Below, one piece after another: positions 9,635 to 19,602 of a stretch of DNA of 64,000 nucleotides. Origin of the DNA: Desulfomonilia bacterium. Lineage in GTDB: Bacteria > Desulfobacterota > Desulfomonilia > UBA1062. How positions within the stretch are numbered: position 1 is the stretch's first letter; the number at the start of each line of letters is the position of its first letter. The stretch is taken from NCBI GenBank assembly GCA_050014195.1, contig JBEKDT010000021.1:1-64000 (forward strand). The letters run 5' to 3'. Made by a program: the position numbers and the translations under genes. The notes beneath the pieces are model-generated. The model was not told the DNA's origin. It saw only the letters and a list, made by a program, of their open reading frames with translations, and searched no databases.

Positions 9635-10348
9635 TCAGTCAAGCGGACAGTATTGGTCCTCGTCCAATGGCATGGGAGAAGCTTTGGACCTCGTTTCTCC
9701 TACCTCGAGAAATTCAAGTTTTAATTCTATCCGACGGCTTTCTTCCAGGGTTTTCTTTAATGAATTATATGATGACCCCCCGACTAAAAAGAGTTCACGA
9801 ATAAGCAAACGATCTTCCTTACTGATAGGAACCTCATCCGGTTCAGGTCTGGCGAGTAAGGCGCAAAGCACTCTCTCGGAACGCTGCATACTCAAGTCAA
9901 GATTATGCAGATATGTGCCCCGTTGGTCGGCATAACCTTCTACGACAACACGTTTAAGCCATTTTTGACCGAGTGGATCACGGGCTATCTTTAATATGCC
10001 GGGGGCAAATGCCCTCAGGTGTCTTGCTTGCTCATAGGTGAGCTTATGGCTGTCGGTGTCGAAACGGGCCTGATCGCCAAAGTCTATAGTATGCCCACGC
10101 AGGGTGATCCCGGGAAAATTTTTTGATATCTCATGGATCTTCATTATGAGTTTATTGATTTCATCATCGCGCTGTGTTTTTTTGCGCTCCGCTTCCGAGA
10201 TGGTATGGGTAACGGCAAGGAGTGTCACGGTCATCACGACCAGGAAAAGTACCATGAGAGCGGTCATCATGTCAGAAAATGATATCCAGAATGGCTTTTC
10301 CGCTTCTTCTTTGGCACCTCGATGGGGCCGCAACCTTAAGCCGAGCAC
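9635..10348 (-). CDS. zorB: Zorya ZorB (MotB/OmpA-like stator subunit)
   Basis: KPFWISFSDMMTALM transmembrane segment with conserved Asp; VEGYADQRG...LSMQRS...SRRIE peptidoglycan-binding motif; GTG start overlapping zorA. Confidence 0.88.
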   Translation of the reverse strand: MLGLRLRPHRGAKEEAEKPFWISFSDMMTALMVLFLVVMTVTLLAVTHTISEAERKKTQRDDEINKLIMKIHEISKNFPGITLRGHTIDFGDQARFDTDSHKLTYEQARHLRAFAPGILKIARDPLGQKWLKRVVVEGYADQRGTYLHNLDLSMQRSERVLCALLARPEPDEVPISKEDRLLIRELFLVGGSSYNSLKKTLEESRRIELKLEFLEVGETRSKASPMPLDEDQYCPLD

Positions 10349-12252
10349 TGAATCTCTCCTTTTTCCATCACAGAGTCCAGGACATCTCCAAAATCTTGAA
10401 TTGCACCCGAAATCAGAGAAACTGATCTTGAGAGTTCCTCGTGAAAGCGTGAATTGCTTTTTCGAAGGGTAAGCTCGATGTTCCCGGCGAATTCGGCATG
10501 CGCCTGGGCAAGAACCTCCGTCAACCCGTGCAGATATTCCCCGGCCTTATTCTCGGCAATACCCAGCTGTTCAGTTGCTTCTTGGATTTGTGAGACGATC
10601 TGGGTGGTCATGGATGCCTCTTTCCGGGCATTTTCAATGGTGGACTTGAGATCGGAAACGATAGTTGCAAAGATCTTGCTCATATTCTTGTATTCGTCCA
10701 TCATATTCTTGACTCCATTCGTTGCCTGGACAAGATTTGACGAAGCAATTTGAATTTTTTCCGTCGTATCATTTGCCGCCTGCATGGTGTTGTTTATCCC
10801 TTGACCTGCCTTTACAAAGCCGTTCATAGCAGTATTCAAGGTATTCGCACCCGAATGAAACAGTATCATGGATTCTTTTGTGGTTTGCGACAGACTTCCC
10901 ACACTGTTGTGCATCACCTCACTCGCTTGGCGCATCTCTGTAGCGAGTGTCTTGATCTGAGTGGATATTTCACTCATGGCTGAAATCGTGTATTGCGCAA
11001 GTTGATTCTGGAGTGCCCCAGTCTCTTCAGTAGTATGTCTTGATTGTGTCTCAAGGCTCTTAACAATATTGGTAACCTTTGCCCCAAGATCCCCGATGAA
11101 GGACTCTATCGAGTTATTCGTGATGCTCATACGCTCAACCATTGCTTCTGCAGCACCCTTTCCCGTTAACTGGGTGTTCTCGGAAAGCTTGTTTATTTGC
11201 AAAGCAGCCGACTGCATGGTTGTAGCTGTTTGTTGGAGGAGATTACTCATCTGATGTATTTGATTGCCGAACATATCGTGCATCTGTGACGCGAAGTTGC
11301 TCAGGAGATCCGACAATAAGGTATTAACGGTTTCGCCTTGGTTTGCACCTGCCCGGTCAACAGCAAGAGAAATCCGCTCGATCGGCGCCCTGATGGTGTC
11401 GGTTAAAGTCTGAGCGATATTTTCTGAAAGTTGTTTATTGAGAAGAGCGGATGCCTTCATTTGCTCTTTCGTAATTTCTGAGATAACTTTTTTAAGATCA
11501 AGGGCTAAAGACTCCTTGATTTGTTGCGTTTGCAGGGCTGAAGTCTCTGAAGCTATGACAAGACGCGCTAAATATTCCTCACCGGCCCCGGTATCAAATA
11601 GGCTATCAATAAGCTGACACAGTCTTTCAACATGACGGTAACACCCGGTAACAAGAGACTTCTCAATCCAGATAAAGATCATTGCCAGGGAAATAGCGGA
11701 AGCAGAAACTATAAAAGAATAACCTACACTCTGGATAAGCCCATTCAGGCTTGCGCGTACCTTATCAGCATCACCCGAGACCTCAAACCGGATCAGACCG
11801 ACAATAAGACCGGAAAATGTCCCGATGATGCCCAGGCCGGTGAGTATTCCGGGCAAATGCTTATAAAATGCTGTTTTAAGAGGGGTATCTACGAGTGATT
11901 GTTCCGTGAAAAATGTCTCGGCTAACGTTGTTGAGCGCCATCGTATTTTCTTCTCTTTACCGTATTGTTCAGGGGCTGTTTGTTCATGAAGCGTCTCACA
12001 ATACTCATGCCAGGCATGAGAGAGCTTATCATTTGCCGTTATCTCGCGTGATATTTCTTCAAGGTCGGATATCTTGCCCTTGGAGGCGGCCTTTATCTGT
12101 TTGAGTCGGTTGATAGTTTCTTGAAGATCCTTTTTTATCCGTATGGCAGGGAATATGAATTCATAAATAAAGGCAATGACTATTGTGAACAAAATTATGG
12201 AAATTATTGAGATAATCAAGAAGTGATGGATAAAATCAAGCAATGTATTCAT
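10336..12252 (-). CDS. zorA: Zorya ZorA (MotA-like membrane domain plus long helical tail)
   Basis: Three TM segments including HLPGILTGLGIIGTFSGLIVGL, then a ~400 aa Ser/Thr/Gln/Ala-rich helical tail. Confidence 0.88.
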   Translation of the reverse strand: MNTLLDFIHHFLIISIISIILFTIVIAFIYEFIFPAIRIKKDLQETINRLKQIKAASKGKISDLEEISREITANDKLSHAWHEYCETLHEQTAPEQYGKEKKIRWRSTTLAETFFTEQSLVDTPLKTAFYKHLPGILTGLGIIGTFSGLIVGLIRFEVSGDADKVRASLNGLIQSVGYSFIVSASAISLAMIFIWIEKSLVTGCYRHVERLCQLIDSLFDTGAGEEYLARLVIASETSALQTQQIKESLALDLKKVISEITKEQMKASALLNKQLSENIAQTLTDTIRAPIERISLAVDRAGANQGETVNTLLSDLLSNFASQMHDMFGNQIHQMSNLLQQTATTMQSAALQINKLSENTQLTGKGAAEAMVERMSITNNSIESFIGDLGAKVTNIVKSLETQSRHTTEETGALQNQLAQYTISAMSEISTQIKTLATEMRQASEVMHNSVGSLSQTTKESMILFHSGANTLNTAMNGFVKAGQGINNTMQAANDTTEKIQIASSNLVQATNGVKNMMDEYKNMSKIFATIVSDLKSTIENARKEASMTTQIVSQIQEATEQLGIAENKAGEYLHGLTEVLAQAHAEFAGNIELTLRKSNSRFHEELSRSVSLISGAIQDFGDVLDSVMEKGEIQCSA

Positions 12253-12291
12253 GCCTCACATCCTTTCTAAGGTATGACCCCCACACAAAAG

Positions 12292-12307
12292 AGCAACAGG
12301 CGTGCCA
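12292..12307 (-). promoter_or_regulatory. Sigma-54 (-24/-12) promoter upstream of zorA
   Basis: Minus strand TGGCACGCCTGTTGCT matches TGGCACG-N4-TTGC, about 40 bp before the zorA ATG. Confidence 0.7.
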
Positions 12308-12520
12308 CCGGGGATAGTATAGGCCCTTCCTACAGATGCAGGCTGTGCCATAATACTCTACTGGTAAATTTTTCATGCATGAGAGAAAATATTGCCTTTA
12401 TATCCGCAAATATCATATCAGGGCGGCAGCAAGCCAAGATTGAGTACCCAAACTGCAGGACAGAGGATTACTCGAGTTTCTGAAGATAGTTTATAGGAGG
12501 AATTCATAAATCAGAAAATA

Positions 12521-12597
12521 TGGCGGGAGCGACGGGACTCGAACCCGCGACCTCCGGCGTGACAGGCCGGCGTTATAACCAGCTTAACTACGCCCCC
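12521..12597 (-). tRNA. tRNA-Asp(GTC)
   Basis: GGGGGCG/CGCTCCC acceptor stem, CTGTCAC anticodon loop, GGTTCGAGTCC T-loop, encoded CCA; 77 nt. Confidence 0.97.
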
Positions 12598-12708
12598 GCT
12601 CGGGGAGTATTTTTGCCTATATTGAAGCTTCTCCTGCTGCTTTTTGAGATCCCTGACGTCACCTTATATAATAAGCCGCAACCGTTGAAGACACAAGATC
12701 CTTTAAGC

Positions 12709-13491
12709 CTATACGTGCTCCCGGGCATGTTTCGGAACACCTATCTCTTCCTCAGCAGTGATTTCGCCCCTGCGGCTCATCACGATGTGTTTCAAAGGGA
12801 TATCCACACCGGCACGCCTTAAAGCCTCCAAGGCTGCATGAACAAGCCCTGTGCAGCAAGGCACTTCCATATGCACGACCGTCAATGTTCTTGGAGTTGC
12901 ATGAACGAGGATCTCGGCAAGGCGCTGTATGTGTTTTTCGATATCGTCGAGCTTGGGGCAGGCAATGGCAACAGTCCTGCCCTTGAAGAGTTTCTCATGG
13001 AGGTTGGGACCGGCGACACCGCAGCAGTCCGCCATGAGCAGCATGTCCGAGCCCTTCAGAAACGGGGCCTGGGGAGAAAGGAGCTGGAGCTTCACCGGCC
13101 AATGGCCGAGCTGCGAGGTCATCTCTGCACAGTGCCTGCCTTCAATGCCTTTGGGTTCATCCTTCAGGGCAAAGGTCATGACCGAGGAGGAGGGACAACC
13201 GCAGGGCAGTGTTGCCGGGCCTTCGTGTACCGAAGGGCCGTGACTTTTCTTCCCAATATGTTTCTCAAGGGCCTCTTCACTGAAATCCTCGGCCTCGCGT
13301 TCAACGATCCTTAATGCCCCTGTCGGGCAATCGCCGATGCATGCACCGAGCCCGTCACACAGGATATCGCCGACGAGCCTGGCCTTGCCGTCTACAAGCT
13401 TCAATGCCCCCTCGGCGCAGGCGAGTATGCACTGACCGCACCCATTGCATGTATTCTCATCGATCTCAATGACCTTTCTCATCCGCTTCAT
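12709..13491 (-). CDS. 4Fe-4S ferredoxin-domain protein (FrdX-like, commonly hcp-associated)
   Basis: CNGCGQCILAC, CDGLGACIGDCP, IACPKLD, MEVPCC. Confidence 0.8.
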   Translation of the reverse strand: MKRMRKVIEIDENTCNGCGQCILACAEGALKLVDGKARLVGDILCDGLGACIGDCPTGALRIVEREAEDFSEEALEKHIGKKSHGPSVHEGPATLPCGCPSSSVMTFALKDEPKGIEGRHCAEMTSQLGHWPVKLQLLSPQAPFLKGSDMLLMADCCGVAGPNLHEKLFKGRTVAIACPKLDDIEKHIQRLAEILVHATPRTLTVVHMEVPCCTGLVHAALEALRRAGVDIPLKHIVMSRRGEITAEEEIGVPKHAREHV

Positions 13492-13550
13492 GCCGAGCTC
13501 CTTTTATGTTCATGATATACTTTATATAGGTTCTTTACCCTAAGTATTGC

Positions 13551-13566
13551 CTTGACCTGGGTCAAG
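13551..13566. promoter_or_regulatory. Fnr/Crp-family binding palindrome
   Basis: CTTGACC-TG-GGTCAAG (TTGAC-N4-GTCAA) in the divergent intergenic region. Confidence 0.7.
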
Positions 13567-13610
13567 CCTATGCACTTGCCCTTACGGCCGGGAATAAGTA
13601 AACTATTGAT

Positions 13611-14294
13611 ATGGAACTCCGTACACTCTTCAAACAGACCGACCTCTTTAAGGGCATGAGCGAGGATGCTCTATCCAGGCTCGCTGCCAAGGGAAAACAA
13701 CGTCGATTCGCCCAGGGAGACACCCTGTTCGTCGAGGGGACAAAAGGCCATGAGTTCTTCCTGCTCACACAGGGGGATGTGCGCCTCTACAAGACCTCAC
13801 CGGACGGGCAGGAGATTGCGCTGCGCATCATCAGGCCGGGTGAGATCTTTGCCGAGGTGGTCCTCTTTGAGGACACTACCTATCCGGCAAGCGCTGCCGC
13901 ATTGTCAGCAGGCAGCGTCTTTGCCCTCGACCGGGCCTCCTTTGCCGACCTGCTGGAAGACAAGGGGTTCCGCAACGAATTCATTACGCTGCTCATGAAG
14001 AAGCAGCGATACCTCACCGAGCGCATCCTTTACCTTACAACCTATGATGTGGAAGATCGATTCTTCAGGTTCCTCATTGAACACTATGGTACAAGCGGGA
14101 TTTACCGGGTGGATATGGCAAAGAAGGATATTGCCTCGGCCATCGGCACCATCCCCGAGACGCTCTCTCGCCTCATCAATAGATTGAAGGGTCTGGGCGT
14201 CCTCTTGTGGGAGGGCAGCACCCTTGAGGTTGAGAGGGACTTTCTCGAAAACTTCATGGAAGAGGGCGAGGTCAGGTCCATGAATAAGTACTAA
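13611..14294 (+). CDS. Crp/Fnr family regulator (HcpR/Dnr-like)
   Basis: cNMP-binding-like domain (PGEIFAEV); HTH IASAIGTIPETLSR; no N-terminal Fnr cysteines. Confidence 0.9.
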   Translation: MELRTLFKQTDLFKGMSEDALSRLAAKGKQRRFAQGDTLFVEGTKGHEFFLLTQGDVRLYKTSPDGQEIALRIIRPGEIFAEVVLFEDTTYPASAAALSAGSVFALDRASFADLLEDKGFRNEFITLLMKKQRYLTERILYLTTYDVEDRFFRFLIEHYGTSGIYRVDMAKKDIASAIGTIPETLSRLINRLKGLGVLLWEGSTLEVERDFLENFMEEGEVRSMNKY

Positions 14295-15223
14295 CAGGAA
14301 CTTTTCTCGGCAGTGTCTTTCCACGGCATCTTCCAGAGCTGCGAGATGAGCATGCCGCAGAACATGAGACCGCAGCCTGTGATCGCCCTGAGGGTGAGGG
14401 CCTCGTCCAGGATAATCCACCCGCCCATGGCTGCAAAGACCGCTTCCAGGCTCAGGATTATGGCGGCATGTGCAGGACGGGCCTTCTTTTGGGCAACCAC
14501 CTGGAGTGTATATGCCACGCCCACGGACATGATTCCGCCGTAGAGGATGGGGATCGTTGCGGAGATATAACCCTCAAGAGTATTTTTTTCGAAGAGGATG
14601 GACACGATCAGACTGAGGACCGAGCAGGCTGCGTACTGCAGGAATGCTATCTTCAGCGGGTCCTGCCTGGGCGACAGCCACCCGATGATGTGCACATGGC
14701 AGGCCCAGAAGAGGGCGCCGATGAGCACCAGCAGGTCGCCTCCCGAGATGGTGAATTGTTTGGTAACGCTCAGGAAGTACAGGCCGGCCACAGCAAGAAC
14801 GGCCCCTGTCCAGGTTCCTGCATGGGTGCGATGTCCGAGTGCAATCCCGATGATGGGAACCAGCACTACATAGAGCCCGGTAATGAAGCCTGCATTGCCT
14901 GCGGTGGTGTAGATCATGGCAACCTGCTGGAAGGATGTCCCTGAGAAGAGTACGAGCCCGGCGATCAAACCGCCGCCGAGGCTTGGGCGCGCGAAGAGCC
15001 TTGGTTCGCTCGATAGGGCATTATTGTTACGAAGGCCGTTCCTGAAAAGAAACGGCAGGAGTACCAGGCAACCCAGGGCAAACCGCACACCGTTGAATCC
15101 GAATGGCCCAACATACTGCATACCGAGGCGTTGGGCCACAAAGGCAAAACCCCAGATGAACGCAGTTATGAGGAGAAGACCGTTCGACTTCAGCGTCTGG
15201 CTGCGTTTATCAGTCCATGGCAT
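14291..15223 (-). CDS. EamA/DMT family transporter
   Basis: About 10 TM segments, IWGFAFVAQ, AAIILSLEAVFA; start uncertain (ORF extends to 15277). Confidence 0.85.
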   Translation of the reverse strand: MPWTDKRSQTLKSNGLLLITAFIWGFAFVAQRLGMQYVGPFGFNGVRFALGCLVLLPFLFRNGLRNNNALSSEPRLFARPSLGGGLIAGLVLFSGTSFQQVAMIYTTAGNAGFITGLYVVLVPIIGIALGHRTHAGTWTGAVLAVAGLYFLSVTKQFTISGGDLLVLIGALFWACHVHIIGWLSPRQDPLKIAFLQYAACSVLSLIVSILFEKNTLEGYISATIPILYGGIMSVGVAYTLQVVAQKKARPAHAAIILSLEAVFAAMGGWIILDEALTLRAITGCGLMFCGMLISQLWKMPWKDTAEKSSC

Positions 15224-15364
15224 GAATGATCTCTTTATCGTGGTCTTCCACCGGGTAAAAAAACAGTGGAGAATCATTGATCAGGCTTGATTCGGTGCCT
15301 GCATCATCGTGGTGCGGCTTACCCGTCGGACGCCTTCAAGTCAAGCGTGAGGATTGAAAGTATT

Positions 15365-15676
15365 TCAGACCTTCAGATCATTCTTGAGGTTCTCAAACTG
15401 CTCTTTTGTGATCTCTCCCTTGGCGTAGCGTATCCTGATGATATCGAGCGGGGTCTCTGTTGGCTCACCACCTGATTTCCTGGTATGTGCATTTCTCGCA
15501 ATGAGATATACCGCCACGACGAGGAGGATGAAGAGGAGCATCATCATAAAGTGACCTCCGTACCAGAAGTAACCCATTGGTCCGCCTCCGCCGTAGTACC
15601 CATATCCCGGGCACTGTCCAAACAAGCCCATGCCATACTGTACAAGCTGATTATATGCTGCAAATGCAGTATACAC
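15365..15676 (-). CDS. SHOCT domain membrane protein
   Basis: Gly/Tyr-rich N-terminus, one TM, C-terminal LDIIRIRYAKGEITKEQFE. Confidence 0.85.
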   Translation of the reverse strand: MYTAFAAYNQLVQYGMGLFGQCPGYGYYGGGGPMGYFWYGGHFMMMLLFILLVVAVYLIARNAHTRKSGGEPTETPLDIIRIRYAKGEITKEQFENLKNDLKV

Positions 15677-15877
15677 CGTTCATCACCTCCTGTTTTAAGA
15701 TTGCTTTTTTAATATGGTCAGCCTGGCTGAAAGTCCAGGGGAGGCGAGCTTAGTATAAGGTGACAGAAAAATAATTCCCCTTTTAGGACAAAAGAAGACG
15801 GGGCGACTTCACAAGAGGCTTATCATGATGTATGGTGGGGCGCATTTGATTTCACTTAATGTGAGGGGATATGCTCC

Positions 15878-16321
15878 ATGAAGGCGACGACTACTCAATC
15901 GGATCTCTTACAGGCCGAAAAACAGGTGATGGCAGGGGTCTACGGCAGGCTCCACCATCGATACAGGCAGCGGTTCCCTCAAGAGACCGTATCTTCACTG
16001 GCCCGTGCCGTGACATGGGCCCTTTTCCATATCGAGCCTGAAGACCAGGCTGCCCTGCAATTTAATTCCGTGTATCAGGATATCATCGATGCGGAGATTA
16101 ATAATCTGAAGTCGGATGATGAAATAAGGCGGGTCATCACCGACACGGTGGTGCTCAAGGCCGTGTATCTTCACCGTCAGCGCGGCTGCAAGGACGAAAC
16201 CTATATGGCGCCCATCGAGCACCTGAAGCATTTCGGGATTTTCCTTGAGGGTGAGAAGCCCCCTACTCCAAAGGGCTATATCGAGATGGCAAAAGAGTTC
16301 TATGCATCAACACCGTGGTAA
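15878..16321 (+). CDS. Hypothetical protein
   Basis: 147 aa ORF with GAGGGG RBS; no motif recognised. Confidence 0.65.
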   Translation: MKATTTQSDLLQAEKQVMAGVYGRLHHRYRQRFPQETVSSLARAVTWALFHIEPEDQAALQFNSVYQDIIDAEINNLKSDDEIRRVITDTVVLKAVYLHRQRGCKDETYMAPIEHLKHFGIFLEGEKPPTPKGYIEMAKEFYASTPW

Positions 16322-16452
16322 TGAACGCTTTCATGATGGTTTTAAGGCCTTGTTGAGAATGTCTTTCATCAGATCGGTATCCTGTGATATTGACGGATAG
16401 AACTACTCCGGTGAAGGGCAAAAAAATAATTTCAATACGAATGTGAGAATCC

Positions 16453-17217
16453 ATGATCCCGATCCGTGATGACAACCCGACATCGGGTATTGCGTGGGCG
16501 ACATTCCTCATCATCGGCCTGAATATCACATCGTGGATATGGCTCCAGGGTTTTGGCATGTACCCGCAGCTTCCCATGTCGTTATGCAAATTCGGGGTCA
16601 TACCCGGAGAGCTCCTGGGCAATGTAGTGCCGGGCACCGCCGTCCCCCTTGGGTACGGGATGTCCTGTATCGTTGAGGGTGCCCGCAACTGGTATACCGT
16701 CATTACCCACATGTTCATGCATGGCGGCTGGCTTCACATCATCGGCAACATGTGGTTCCTCTATATCTTCGGGGACAATATTGAGGACGCCATGGGGCCT
16801 GTCAGGTTTATTCTCTTCTACCTTATATGCGGGCTCGCAGCAGTGCTGGTCCAGATGGTCATGAACCCGTTCAGCGCCGTGCCCATGGTTGGTGCATCGG
16901 GTGCCATCAGCGGGGTCATGGGGGCATATATTGTCCTGTTCCCCAGGGCGCCGGTACACATGCTTGTGTTCTTCGGATTCTTTTTCACCCGTATCATAGT
17001 TCCGGCCTTTTTCATGCTCGGGTATTGGTTCCTTCTCCAGTTTTTAGGCGGAGTCTTCTCTCTGGGGGTGGCTTCGGGCGGTGTGGCCTTCTGGGCCCAT
17101 GTGGGGGGATTTATTGCGGGTATGCTCTTCATCTGGCCCCTTTGCAACTCTGCAAGGGCTCAGACCTGCCGCCAGCGCAGGGGCGTACTAGAGGGTATAA
17201 TACGCAGGGTGAAGTGA
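16453..17217 (+). CDS. Rhomboid intramembrane serine protease
   Basis: HGGWLHIIGNM, GASGAISG (Ser), AFWAHVGG (His). Confidence 0.92.
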   Translation: MIPIRDDNPTSGIAWATFLIIGLNITSWIWLQGFGMYPQLPMSLCKFGVIPGELLGNVVPGTAVPLGYGMSCIVEGARNWYTVITHMFMHGGWLHIIGNMWFLYIFGDNIEDAMGPVRFILFYLICGLAAVLVQMVMNPFSAVPMVGASGAISGVMGAYIVLFPRAPVHMLVFFGFFFTRIIVPAFFMLGYWFLLQFLGGVFSLGVASGGVAFWAHVGGFIAGMLFIWPLCNSARAQTCRQRRGVLEGIIRRVK

Positions 17218-17274
17218 GTGAACAGAAAGTGAATAGTGAGTAGGAGGGGCGGGGCTTGTCCCTGCCCTTCATTC

Positions 17275-17379
17275 TGTAGGAGCGGCTTTAGCCGCGACAT
17301 CTAAAAAATGGGTCGCGCCTGAAGGCGCTCCTCCATCTCGATAATATGCTGCGTGTTGTAGGAGCGGCTTTAGCCGCGA
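17275..17379. repeat. GTAG-family REP cluster (three units)
   Basis: TGTAGGAGCGGCTTTAGCCGCGA at 17275 and 17357; inverted variant GTCGCGCCTGAAGGCGCTCCT at 17312. Confidence 0.85.
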
Positions 17380-17442
17380 TACCTCAGGTATGAAATCATC
17401 AATCCGAAATCTGAATATTATCATGTACCGTGAAAGGGAGTC

Positions 17443-17471
17443 TTGATAATAAGATCCTCCTTCTGTATATT
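17443..17471 (+). promoter_or_regulatory. Putative sigma-70 promoter of pckG
   Basis: TTGATA-N17-TATATT. Confidence 0.5.
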
Positions 17472-17506
17472 ATGCGGTTACTCTGATTGATAGGGGGAGT
17501 GATTTC

Positions 17507-19297
17507 ATGAGCTCAGACATCAAACACGATAGGCTTAAAGAGTGGGTTGCAGAGGTGACAGACATGTGCAGGCCCGATTCGATCTACTGGTGTGACGGCA
17601 GCAAGGGGGAATACGACCGCCTCATGGCGGGCATGGTGGCAAGCGGCATGGCGACACCGCTCAAGAAGCGTCCCGACAGTTACCTCTTCAGATCCCACCC
17701 GAGCGACGTTGCACGGGTTGAGGATCGAACATATATCAGCACACCGGATAAAAATGAAGCCGGGCCCACTAATAACTGGATCGACCCGGCCGAGCTCAAG
17801 TCAACCATGAAGGAGCTTTACAAGGGGTGCATGAAGGGCAGGACCATGTATGTGATCCCGTTTTCCATGGGTCCTATCGGTTCGCCCATCAGCAAGATCG
17901 GTATCGAGATTACCGACAGCCCGTACGTTGTGTGCAACATGCACATCATGACACGTGTGGGCACAAAGGTCATGGAGGCCCTGGGTACAAAGGGCGAATT
18001 CATCCCCTGTGTTCATTCGGTCGGTGCGCCGCTGGAACCGGGTCAGAAGGACGACCTCTGGCCCTGTGCCCCGATCGAGAGGAAATATATCAGCCATTTT
18101 CCGGATGAGAACCTCATCTGGTCGTACGGTTCAGGCTATGGCGGTAACGCCCTGCTGGGCAAGAAATGCCTGGCCCTACGCATAGCATCCGCCATGGCAA
18201 GGAGGGAGGGGTGGATGGCCGAGCACATGCTGATCTTAAGGCTCACGAGCCCCGAAGGCAGACAATACCATATCGCAGCGGCATTCCCGTCAGCCTGCGG
18301 CAAGACGAACCTGGCCATGATCCAGCCCACGGTTGAAGGCTGGAAGTGCGAGACCATAGGCGACGACATCTCCTGGATGAAGATCGGGCCTGACGGGAGG
18401 CTCTATGCCATCAATCCCGAAGCAGGCTTCTTCGGGGTAGCCCCCGGGACCTCCTATGATTCGAACCCCATGGCCATGGATACCCTGCACGAACACTGCA
18501 TCTTCACCAACTGTGCGCTTACGGATGATGGAGACATATGGTGGGAGGGCATGGACGGCGAGCCGCCTGCCCACGCCATCGACTGGAAGGGCCGCGACTG
18601 GTCGCCCGGGAACAAGGAAGTTGCCGCCCATGCCAACGCCCGGTTCACCGCACCTGCAAAACAATGCCCGTGCATATGTGCCGACTGGGAGAAGCCCCAG
18701 GGCGTTGCCATCGACATCTTCGTTTTCGGCGGCAGGAGGGAAGGGGTGGTGCCGCTCGTGAATGAGGCATATGGCTGGGACCACGGGGTGTTTCTCGGCG
18801 CGACGGCTTCTTCCGAGACAACGGCGGCCAACATCGGCGACATCGGCGCTTTAAGGCGTGACCCATTCGCCATGAAGCCCTTCTGCGGTTACAACATGGG
18901 CGACTACTTCCAGCACTGGCTGAATATGGGTGACAGGCTCGGAAAGAATGTACCCCGCATCTTCTATGTGAACTGGTTCCGTAAGGGTCCGCAAGGCAGG
19001 TTCCTCTGGCCGGGGTTCAGAGAGAACAGCAGGGTGCTTAAATGGATGTGCGAGCGCATCGATGGCAAGGCGGGTGCCCGCGAGACAGCAATCGGCCTGC
19101 TTCCGAATGAAGCCGATCTCGACCTGAAGGGCCTGAAGATCGTTTCGGAGAATATGAAGGAGCTCCTGAGGGTTGACGTGGAAGCATGGAAGGCCGAGAT
19201 CCACAGCCTGGAGCAGCACTTTTCCCAGTTTAAGGAAAGGCTGCCGGTGCGCATGAAACAGCAGCTCGACGCGCTCAAGGAGCGTTTGAGTAAGTAA
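17507..19297 (+). CDS. pckG: Phosphoenolpyruvate carboxykinase (GTP)
   Basis: [42 protein letters not shown]. Confidence 0.96.
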   Translation: MSSDIKHDRLKEWVAEVTDMCRPDSIYWCDGSKGEYDRLMAGMVASGMATPLKKRPDSYLFRSHPSDVARVEDRTYISTPDKNEAGPTNNWIDPAELKSTMKELYKGCMKGRTMYVIPFSMGPIGSPISKIGIEITDSPYVVCNMHIMTRVGTKVMEALGTKGEFIPCVHSVGAPLEPGQKDDLWPCAPIERKYISHFPDENLIWSYGSGYGGNALLGKKCLALRIASAMARREGWMAEHMLILRLTSPEGRQYHIAAAFPSACGKTNLAMIQPTVEGWKCETIGDDISWMKIGPDGRLYAINPEAGFFGVAPGTSYDSNPMAMDTLHEHCIFTNCALTDDGDIWWEGMDGEPPAHAIDWKGRDWSPGNKEVAAHANARFTAPAKQCPCICADWEKPQGVAIDIFVFGGRREGVVPLVNEAYGWDHGVFLGATASSETTAANIGDIGALRRDPFAMKPFCGYNMGDYFQHWLNMGDRLGKNVPRIFYVNWFRKGPQGRFLWPGFRENSRVLKWMCERIDGKAGARETAIGLLPNEADLDLKGLKIVSENMKELLRVDVEAWKAEIHSLEQHFSQFKERLPVRMKQQLDALKERLSK

Positions 19298-19602
19298 GTG
19301 TCGTCTAAAAACACCTCGGGCAGGGGCCGGGCACGATTCAGCAGGTGGGTGCGCGGCCACTGCCTTTTCATTCCCATGTTGATGGCCTCGAATAAGTCCA
19401 TCTTCCCCTCCCTCGGCGGGAGGGGATTGAGGGGAGGGGGCATGTATCTGGTTTTATCGATTGTATTGATTCAGGGCATCACCGGCCTTCGCCCTGCGGG
19501 CAACAATCCCGATTCACCTGATCATTCGCGGATGATATCCACCTGTCATGTTGACTCCGTGAGCCATGAGATTGTATGACAATAAGGCGAGAAAGGAGGG
19601 CC

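Noticed and set aside
9635-12252. Flagellar motAB or a methyl-accepting chemotaxis protein
   Set aside because: Long ZorA-type tail, adjacent EH-signature gene, no MCP hairpin signature and no flagellar genes favour Zorya
12337-12351. Second sigma-54-like site upstream of zorA (TGGCACAGCCTGCA)
   Set aside because: GG-to-GC spacing is 8, not the required 10
12520-12822. 100-aa ORF starting MAGATGLEPATSGVTGR
   Set aside because: It is the antisense reading of tRNA-Asp
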